Origin: Ramazzottius varieornatus
Lineage: Eukaryota; Animalia; Tardigrada
Direction: 5' to 3'
Assembly: GCA_001949185.1 (NCBI GenBank)
Contig: BDGG01000013.1
Location: 124,001 to 188,000, forward strand
Length of the DNA stretch: 64,000 nt
Part shown: positions 54,415 through 64,000 of the stretch, one piece after another
Numbering within the stretch: the first letter of the stretch is position 1
Layout: every line of letters begins with the position of its first letter
Made by a program: the position numbers and the translations under genes
Notes under the pieces: generated by a model
The model's input: the letters and a program-made list of their open reading frames with translations, nothing else
Database searches by the model: none
Told to the model about the DNA's origin: nothing

Positions 54415-55574
54415 AGCATAGGGTTTGCGTCCCATGCAGGAGCTTCGCCTCGATCCTGTGTTTGTTGGTGGTATAAGTTGGTGGTATAAAATCGCACAGA
54501 ATTTCCGGCTTAAGCTACCGCAAGAAAAGGTGTAGGTTGTTTCCTCGGTTGCCGACGACATGGTCGGACTAATGGGCGAGCGTCTATCCCAGTTGCAGCT
54601 TTTCTTCGCCTGTTTGACTACTTTGTAGGCTAGCAGCTGACTAGTTTGTGGGCTATTTCATATGTGACGTTGCCTTGCATCTTTCTTGTCTGCTGCGAGA
54701 TTGGTGACCCTCTTGCTGCAGTGCACGTATTGCCACGTTTAGTTTGATAGTTTTCCTCAAACAAATAATCTTGCCGTCGTCCTTGAGCTAGTTTATGTGC
54801 TTCGGCTTTGTGCTGTGAGGGTGTGACATAATGACCGACATGTCTTTGCTTATTGAATCAAAACGGCTGAAAACGGACCCGGGATGAAAGCTGATCATAG
54901 CCACCATACCGGAATTGAACTGCTGTAAGCTCTTCAGTATGAACCCTCAACAACGGACTTTTTCCTTTGAGCAACCTGGGAAATGATCCTCCGTCCGCAA
55001 GCACCATGTTTCCTCATTTCCGCTTCTAAAAGTAACCTGCCATCCAATTGTCCTCGTTGATTTAAACAAAATGAGGTTCCTGCTTTCAGATTTGATCGTG
55101 TCATGCTGTAATTACTGTACTACCTCTGAGGTTTCGCGCAGTCACGTGACAAATCAGTGAATTACACCCGGGGCCTCATATCACTGATGTTTGATTGTAA
55201 CACATTGCTGGGCTTGATTGGCCAGGAACTTTTAATTGTTGACAGTGAAGTTTTTTATCCCCGCCACGCAATATTTACTGGCCTGTCACGTGACTGCGCG
55301 AAAACTTAGAGGTAATACAGTACTGGTAGCAAGGGGTGGTTATGCTGTGTGTCACCGGCACTATTTACAATTTTTGTTGCCCATATTAACAATGCACAGT
55401 AGAGCAACCGCATTTCTCCATGGACGAATTTCGATAAAAGGTACAATGCAGAAGCCCAGAAGGGTACAGGACTGATGGAATGGGGGTAATCGTCACGTTT
55501 GAATAACTATGGCACAGACCGTCCTGAGGTGCGAATCACAACATTGTGAACGTCAGTGCCAATGCCCGCAACTA

Positions 55575-56677
55575 CAGGGTGATCACGCCAAGTGACTACC
55601 ACCTGAAACTTTGGCATAGAAGAAATTCAGATTGTTCGTTTTCGTCTCCTTTCTTCAGACAACTTGTACAACTTTTTACGATCCTTTCGTTGAGAGATAG
55701 CTGGTTCGCATGCATCGAGCCTTACGTTGGAAAAGCTGGTTAAAATGACTTCCGGTGGGGAAGACTTTTCAGCATGAACAAAACGGGGTCTTTGGACCTC
55801 CGTGTGTAAGTAATCAACCTCATTTTGCCTTTGACGGACTTACAACAGTTCAGGTTGTTTTCGAAAGTTGAGAAAGGTCGTAGGAGTGCGAAACAAGCCT
55901 TACAAAAGAATTAAAACCGCCGATTAAGCTGGTTTGCCGGGAAACCACTCCTCGTTACAGAAATCGTAACTTAGGCTCCAAACCAAGTAATTAGACTTAC
56001 TATAACTGACCATGTAGCACAGTCCTTGTATCAACTACTGTTACTACTGACACCGCGAGCTTCCTTCAGAGAGTTGGATAAAAACATTTCAACATTTCTT
56101 CAGAAGCTGAAAAAGTTGTTGGTTCACGCAAACTCGGTTTTTTCGGAAAGTTTTCCTTCGATTGAGCTCCGCTCGATGTACTCAGAAAAGTTCTCGTCTC
56201 GTATAGCCCATGAAGTCAGCTACCGTTTCATGTTTCTGTTAGTCGATAAAAGATTGAAACCATTTCGAGAAACTTTGTTTTCTGTCGTCCGCCCTACATT
56301 TCGCCAGGATTTTATTGAATTTGTTGTATCATTCAATCAGCGCGCGGTACGATGACACAGCATAGTTTTTTCGCTAGCTAAACTACAGTTGAATAACTTC
56401 CAACGGGCAGTTTGAATGCCAAGGCGTTAAAGAGTGAAATACGATTTTTTTGCGGAGTAAGGAGCGATAAGTTCGCTTCGGAGCAGCTTCCTGCATGCAC
56501 CTTCTCCAGTCTCCGGTCGAGCTTAGACTTCCCAGAACATTCTTACAGTGCAAGTTATTTTCGGAAGGTAGCAAAAGGAGTGCTTAATCAAAGAGAAATA
56601 GTAGTGAGGATGAACACACACTCATTTGAGAGAGCCGTGAGGATACAAGGTGATAGTCACTTGGCGTGATCACCCTG
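55575..56677. mobile_element. Non-autonomous Tc1/mariner element copy 1 (~1.1 kb)
   Basis: TA|CAGGGTGATCACGCCAAGTGACTA ... TAGTCACTTGGCGTGATCACCCTG|TA. No transposase ORF seen. Confidence 0.88.
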
Positions 56678-57444
56678 TATCCCTTCTCCATTTCTGCGCC
56701 ATGGGTGACGCATCATGTGTAAAACTCGAATGTGCAGTACAACTGATTAATGTGGGAGCCCCGAATAATGAAAGCACGCTTCGAAAAACCACTCGAAAGA
56801 CTAAAGTGTATGCTATGAGATCTTCCCTGGCTGCTTATACAGGAAGCCTTTACAGAAATTTGTAGATACAGACAAAGGCGGAAGTAGAGCAGAGCATCTC
56901 TGACATTTGGCTTATCGCATAGCCTTATTCTGATGCAAATGCAGCTCCATCGAACGATCAGGCAATCAGCTTCAAGCGGTGCAAGGACCCTCAACATCGT
57001 AATTACCATTCGAGCATTATAATGCTCGAACCGTACCGTGGAAAATGATCACTTTTTTCTGTGCGTTACCCTATTGCCTCTAGTGATCTCCACTTGGTAA
57101 CAAAATCAGCACGATACTGACTGAACCAGCTGCCAGTCAGTTTACGCATTATGTTTACAGTTCAGGTGGGCCGCGTCCGCCACTCGATACGTGGCTGGTC
57201 GATATAATTTGCACACCGGGTCCGCACTCCGGAGTTGTCCCTCGTCTTTTGCGCCAGTTCTGGTGTCTGACAATACAGTGCGGCGCAGCAAACTTTGTAC
57301 AACTGCTTTTCACGTTTCGCAAAAAATTCGAATCAAGCTTCGCTTATTGCAAACCCAGACATGTGACTTCTCATTCCGGTGCAAGCCTGCAAGGCCATTC
57401 ATAAGCAGACTGGCAGTGACACCAGACCATCACGCAGTAAACTA

Positions 57445-58544
57445 CAGGGTGATCACGCCAAGTGACTACCACCTGGTACTTTGGCGCAGAAAAACTTCAG
57501 ACTATCTGGTTTTCTTTCGTCCCTCCACATAATTCGTGCAGCTTTTCACGCTGCTTTCGCTAAAACATAGCTCGTTTGCAAGAATTGAGACCCTGGTTGG
57601 AAAAGTGATTGGAATGACATCCGGTGAGGAAGATGTTTGGCAGGAGTAAACCGGGCACTCTAGAACTCCACGCGCGAGTATACCTCCCCAATCTGATTTT
57701 AACGGAGGTCTAACTATCCCGGTTCTTATCAAAAATAAAAAAGATCGCAAGAAAGTCAAGCTAACCTGATAAACGAACAAAGATCGTCGAATTTGATCAT
57801 TTTGCGGGGAAACCACTCCTCGTGGAAAAAATTAAGACTTATGTTTTAACCTAACAGTCTGCACTTACAACCGCTTGCCGTGTAGCTCTGTTCTTGGACT
57901 AATTCTTTTGGGTATCCGAATTGCAAGGCCTTGTCAGTCAACTGGATGAGAATATTTTGAAATTCTTTCAAAATCTTGAAACGTCGCCGATTCTTGAACC
58001 CACTTTTCGCGAAAAATCTTCTCCCACTCACGTTTTCCCCAATATGTCCAAAAGTGTTTCGGATTCAGAGAGATAAATGATTTGGCTTTCCGTTTATGCT
58101 TTTACTTACCGGACAAACCACAGGCCATTTCGAGAAACCTTGTTTTCAGGCGCGCACCCTGTATTTTTGCTCAGTTTCGCCACAGCAGTTGTATCAATGA
58201 ATCAACAAGTGGTGCAGAAGAGCATTATATTTTTCTCGGTAGCCAGACTACTGTTGAACAATTTGTGATCGGCACTTTTGGCTCAAAAGTGCAGAAGAGA
58301 GAAGATCAATTTTTTTTCCGATGAGGGAAACAGGGAAAAGTTCGCTCCGGAGCAGGTACGAGGTTCTACCCTCTCTGGTCTCAGGACGAATTTCGACTTC
58401 GTACAGAGATTCTTTCTGGCCAGGTTTTTTAGGAGGCGGCAACAAGGATATTAAGTTAAGGAAAAATAGTTCTGAGGATCAACACACGCAGTCGAGAGCG
58501 CCGTAAATATCATGAGGTGGTAGTCACTTGGAGTGATCACCCTG
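57445..58544. mobile_element. Non-autonomous Tc1/mariner element copy 2 (~1.1 kb)
   Basis: Same TIR (CAGGGTGATCACGCCAAGTGACTACCACCT) and a collinear interior (GGGAAACCACTCCTCGT, CCATTTCGAGAAAC.TTGTTTTC). Confidence 0.85.
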
Positions 58545-58639
58545 TCCATATGTACGATGAGCAGTGAAATGTGTTATCTTTACTGCGTCGGTGCGCTCGC
58601 TCGGCCGTCCCAGTGGTCAAGACCGCAGCTACAGTACTG

Positions 58640-58840
58640 TACACGCAAGACGAGAAATTATGGTGCAGTAAAAATTATGGGACAGGCGGGAAAGGACGGT
58701 GAAATGGAAATTCGACCGTAGAAAAGTGTCGAAAAATGTATTACTGTGAATCGGTCGCGTACGTACGTGCTCCAGTACCGCCGTAGCGAAAAGGCCTGTC
58801 TCACAATTTTCACTGTACCATAATTTCTCGTCCTGCGTCG
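58640..58840. mobile_element. MITE with ACGCAAGACGAGAAATTATGGT TIRs
   Basis: ACGCAAGACGAGAAATTATGGTGCAGTAAAAATT is mirrored by AATTTTCACTGTACCATAATTTCTCGTCCTGCGT. Confidence 0.75.
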
Positions 58841-60509
58841 CAGTTGTTATTGAAGTGCTGACTGCCGTTCGGCAAACTCAACCTGAGGTACGGACGCCGA
58901 GCAGACTTCCAAGGCATGAAAAAATAATTTTTCCAAGATCTTGACAGTCAAGTTCTGAAATCTATCTGGTCTCGAACGATGAACAACAGTCAAGAATTTC
59001 AGATGGAGTGAAAAGAAAAAGTGTCGCTCTCGAACCCGGAGTGTAATCGAAGATCTCGACAGAAATGCTCGTTTTTACATGATTATTCCGAAAACTTCTG
59101 CTGGGTTCAAAAAAATCGCTTCAACACCTGAAAACTTTATCAGACGAGCTGTTAAATGATCGTGCTTCCAGTAAAATTGAGTTTGAATGAGTTATGAATC
59201 TGCAAGATCGGAATGAGAATTTTTCGAAAAGTGCTCAAAACGCCGGAAAAGTTGCTGGGGCTAGAAATAATCAGTTGCTTTGAAAGTGGCTCGCCCAACA
59301 CTCCAAGCTTCCTCCCACAAATGATTAACATTACGGGAGCTACTGAAATGTGGTTTTGATATTCTACGCTTCGAATATCACAGAAAAAAACGTCTCTGCT
59401 AGCAGTAGGTGTCTACGCACAAAATCTTCTCCTCTTTCACGCATTTCAACCCCAAAATTGTGGGTCCAAAACTAACCGGGCCAAACGCATCCCTTGGCAT
59501 TTTTTCCGAAGTGCAAAACATCTTTCTCTAAGGTCAAAATACGGTGGAACTTAGAAAGAAGTTTCGGGAGAAAGATGATTTTTTTCGTGTGAGCATGGGT
59601 TGCGGAGAATCTCCTACCGAATACATTGGGTGGCTTCTGCCTGTGGTTTAATCCGGATTTCGACGAAATTCATGTTTTCTCCCTGCAGATGCTTCCCGGC
59701 TAGAAGGAAACTCAGGGAATGCTCTAGCATGGAAAATTACTTTGGGACTGAAAGGTGCATTCCCGGGAGAGCAGGATTCTTTTCTCAAAGCTGCACAGAG
59801 TTGACTGCGCCAGTGTGAGTTTCTGTTGAGTATGCACATTTACCGTCGTATCGACTAACTTGAGGAATTCGGTTACGGAAGAACAACGAATGCAAGCGCA
59901 AATGAAACGAGGAACCTCAGTGGACTGTTGCGGAAGCACTGACAACCTTTTCAAGCACAACACAGGTTAATCCAAACTGCCTGAATCGCATCAGCACCGT
60001 CTCAGATTTCTGTTCTGCGCAACACCATTAGCCTTTCAATATTATAGCAATTACAATAACTCCAAGCAGAACAGACAGGACTATCCTTTGTTCATAGACT
60101 GGTACTCCAGCTCAATATCCCAAGGTAAGATGTTTTTCTCGGTAATGAACACGTAACGAAGAGGTGAATGTTGAAGACCTCATGTCTGGTCGACAGTAGT
60201 TGACAGTAGTCGGAAGAAGACGACGACAAACCTATGGTCTTTTGGTCTAGCACTCGACAGGTGCCATGTGTCAAAATTATTCGCAGAACAGGCCAAAACG
60301 TTGCTGTCAAGTTCATTATCAATTCCTCCTCCCAGAAGATTACTAATCAACACTTCAACAAAGAAAACAAGAAAATTCTGCTGTACGGATTCATTGCGAG
60401 ACAGGAATGCAGCTTGATGAAAAACACTCGAAGCAGATTCCAGCGAAGGTCATAGTCCATTCCTCATGCTTCAAAACTTCCAAAACACAGAATTCACCCA
60501 GGGCATGTT

Positions 60510-63500
60510 TTACGTGGACCCAATAACATAGCTAAGGTCTACAGAATGGCTCTTCTCTTTCTTGGTGTTGGTCATATTCGTAATGAGTCTGCACGGTACC
60601 ACAAAGCGCATTTGCTTGGGTAGACACATCTTACCTTTCTTGTCACAAAAGACCAGTGTCATGTCGAAGAAGAGCGTAAAGGACGTCACTTCGAGCGTAG
60701 GGAAGGAACTCCGTGTGCGCACACTGACGAAGGACGGCTGGCGTGGCGAAGGCAACGTCCCCACCGTCTGACTCAATTCTTGTTCTTGAGCTTCGTCCCA
60801 CAACTCCAAATGTTCCATCAAAGAGCTGTCTATTCCCAAAAAAAAACGTCAAACCCGACCAGTACGGGTTTGTGTTACAGTATCCACGTACACGCGCGAA
60901 GGGAAAGTTTGGAATAGTAAAAAGTGTGGAACAGGCGCTTCCGCAACAGCGGAACGGGTGCAATTCACACCAGTGCACTGTCTGACAATTTTCTAGGGTT
61001 GAATTCTCAGTTTGCCGTCTTTTTCCGCCTGTTTCAAACTTTCCCTTCGTGTGTGCACTCTAACAATACTGTCATCCACACACACAGGGAAATTGAGATG
61101 GAAAAAAATATATGACACTGATCGTTTCGCATCTATGGAACCGAAGACTAGTTTTAGAACATCAAACGAGCTGATCATCAGCTCGTTAGCTTCAACAAGG
61201 GGGACTCGATGACCAACGCGCACCTCTGCACACCCAAAGGTAACGATTGATCAGTGCCACAGTGGTCGCCCTTTGCTGACCACTTACCCCTGTGGCAAGG
61301 GTAAAAATCACTTGGGAAGGGTCCACGCAAAATAATCTTTCATAAACAAACGTGTCAAGCCATATGGTTGTTGAACCCTCGGTTCATTTACACACCAAAT
61401 GGCTTTCGGCAAATGGTATTTGGCCGCGACAGCTTGTCAAGTATAAGGCTGCTTAGACGGCATCTTCCTTAGCCGGATGCTATCCGTTTTTCGCCACAAC
61501 CTCCATCTTCCTAACTGTAAGCGACTACGCTTCTCGTTTTGAGTTACTGCGAAGTATGATTTGGTTTGAGCTGTCATACAGAGCTTCGAAACCAGCGTTC
61601 CAAGCAGAGACCGTGCAGTACTCAACACGGTTCGAAGTCCAGTGATAAGGGCTATCCGCCCTTTACAAAAAAATTCATAACTCGGTCATCTTCCATCTGA
61701 TCAGCCGGGACTTCAAAACCAAAGAAGCGTCAATGAGTAATACAGAAGGCTGCGCTCCGTTGCAAACCGCCCGGAAGGAAAACAATTTAATCCACAACGA
61801 TTTCGTCCCTTGCCCAAAACGATCAGTCCGAAATATGGTGCTTGTTGTCATGCAAGGTCTCTTGAAATTTTTCTACGGTATTATCTACGACATTTCTTGT
61901 CTGCACCGATATGTGCGCGAGTGATGAGTGCGCTTACCTGAGATGGAGAGTTGCCACTGCTGTCTGGAAGACGTCGCATCCAGCTCCATCCCCCAAATAT
62001 CCAGGTTGAAGGTGACCATATCACCGGGAAGAAAGTGGACGGGGGACATGTTAATCAGCAGGGCCGTACCGAATGGTCCATTGGGTGACTTCTTGGGCAG
62101 CACTGGGGAGATGGAAGTCTTCGGTGAGAGACCTGGTCGGTATATCATTGGAATCTATAAAGATACACAGCATTATAATTATGGATGAGTTTAATGGAAT
62201 AAACAGACGGAAACGTGAGGAGGTACTTTGACAATGAGGTTGGTACTGAGATCCATGGCTTTTATACAGTGGTTGTTCGTGTCGGCGATGAAGAGGACAT
62301 TGCGGTCTTCCAGCTCGACCAAGGCTATACCGTTGGGTTCGTCAAAGTGTCTGTCGGTGGATGACAGTGTCGCACCATCGACAGCGACCTCTGCGTCTTT
62401 CGGTCGTCCAGCACCGGCGATGGTCTGACACTGCCGAGTGGCTACGTCGACGGCTTTGATCTGAAAGTTCGGAGAAAAGACCTTGTCCACCCAGGTTCAC
62501 AAGACCCGACATTGAACATTGAACGGGGTCGACATTGAAAGGGAGAGTAAAAATAATTTACGGTGATGTACCTTGTGGTTGTAAGAGTCGGCTACGAATA
62601 ATTTCTGCAGTTTCGGCGAGTAAACGCAGTGCAGAGGATGTTGAAGCCTGACATCGCCACCCACGGCATCCACATCGCCAAAGGCAAACAGATCCTGAGA
62701 AGATTCAAAGTTGGAAAACCGACATACACAGACAATCGCACAACACTGTAGGAAATTCCGCTACACCACATCAGCCACACAAATATAGAGCTGGCAAGAA
62801 GATTATAGAATTCATTCACCAAATTTGACGGTTTAATGTCCGCACAATTTCTACCATTTTCAAATCTATTCCTGAGCAAAATTTCAATATTCGGTCGCCT
62901 TTAACAAATGGTGGTTGAAACATTCAAAACTGGGTTTGCGGTTGATATGTTATAATAGTCATACGTACTGTAGGGTCCCGTGAGCCTCCAACGAGGTTCT
63001 TGACACCTCCTCCCGTCAGCGACACCACTCTGACCGTTGAGCTCTCGGCATCAGCCACGAAGAGGTTCATGCCTCCTTTGTCCCAGCACAAACCGGAAGG
63101 TTGAGCGAAGCCGGCTTTGAAACCGTACATATTGTTGCGGTGTTCTTCTTGTCCGCTACCGTACAGCGACAAACACAGCCCTTTCGGAAACGCCCTGCCA
63201 CATACATGAAACGATCAAGCTTAGCACACAAACCACGAGCTTCGTAAACAGATTCGACAAGGCGGGCTTTCCAAGTGGCGCACGATCGCAGTCAATAATA
63301 CGGAAACATGCGCCACTTGAGAAAGCAATCTTCAAGAGATTGTCATTTCAAGTGGCGCATATTCACAGTTAGCAACACTGGCGACTTGCGCCATCTGGAG
63401 AAGCTCGACAGGATTCCCTTTTTCCCCAGTGGCGCACGATCACAGACAACAACACCGAACACGTGGGTCGCTGGTAAAGACAATCTTGTCGAGGTTGTAT

Positions 63501-63779
63501 GTCGAGCTCGAATTTATCCGAAAGCCATTCATGGACCTACTCTTGCCGTTTGTACCACTGGACGCCATCCCGAAGAGCCAGCAGCCATATTTGATGGCAG
63601 CCAGACATGGCGATCAGCAAGCAGTCGGGGTCATAGGGTGGCGCTGCTTGCGAGCTGACCAGGCAGACGTCCCACGGAGTGTTGAGGCTCTGGTGGATAC
63701 CGATGGCACCTCCTTCCTCATCATTCCCCATCTGACCGTTGCCGGCCAAGGTTGTCACGGTTTTAGCCAGTAGATCGAT
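60510..63779 (-). CDS. NHLRC2: NHL repeat-containing protein 2, 3' exons (5' part outside window)
   Basis: [86 protein letters not shown] and [10 protein letters not shown]. Last exon 60829-60510 contains FCDKKGKMC...VDLSYVI. Confidence 0.92.
60889..61057. mobile_element. MITE (TACACGCGCGAAGGGAAAGTTT TIR) in NHLRC2 last intron
   Basis: Inverted termini CACGCGCGAAGGGAAAGTTTG / CAAACTTTCCCTTCGTGTGTG. Homologous to 48282-48498. Confidence 0.78.
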
Positions 63780-64000
63780 CTACAAAAGCCACACCTGATC
63801 AAACACCCCTTCCTAATAAGGTTTCCTTGTATAGGTGGACCACCCGACCATGGCTACGCTTTCCCCAATGAAGGAAAGCGTATCAGAAGTTCTTGGTAGA
63901 CCAAGTACTGCAGGAGCGCAGCCCGTATCGTAATTATACACCTATAAACACCCGAGGTCTTCTTTCAGCGCGGTTGAAATTTCACCAAGTTAGGTTTTCT

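Overview
This is a compact, intron-rich animal genome segment with GT-AG introns mostly 50-1,000 nt. The gene density and GPCR type resemble a tardigrade, but that assignment is inference only. Gene models spliced by hand, in order: 3' part of an ABCC/MRP transporter (+); a small secreted Gly/Pro-rich protein (-); a 68-aa CREB-derived bZIP mini-gene (+); a possible degenerate bHLH-like gene (-); an HTH + AT-hook gene (-); DERA (-); a THAP gene with a tandemly duplicated domain (-), head-to-head with a spliced Tc1/mariner DNA-binding-domain gene (+) that can splice in frame into a zeta-class GST (+); a frameshifted GT31 galactosyltransferase (-); a trypsin-like protease (+) tail-to-tail with a Kazal-like protein (-); a CAAX protein (+); a CREB/ATF1-family gene with no visible KID (-), divergent from CNOT7/CAF1 (+); a secreted IPPIP-repeat protein (+); an intronless orphan GPCR in a TE-rich stretch; and the 3' part of NHLRC2 (-). 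Many non-autonomous DNA transposons (MITEs) are present, including a palindromic family found almost only in introns. There is a 50-N gap at 51398-51447. The best novelty candidates are the Tc1-DBD::GST-zeta splice fusion within a group of apparently domesticated transposase DNA-binding-domain genes, and the CREB-derived microprotein paired with a KID-less CREB. All exon models come from reading the sequence by eye and have no transcript support.
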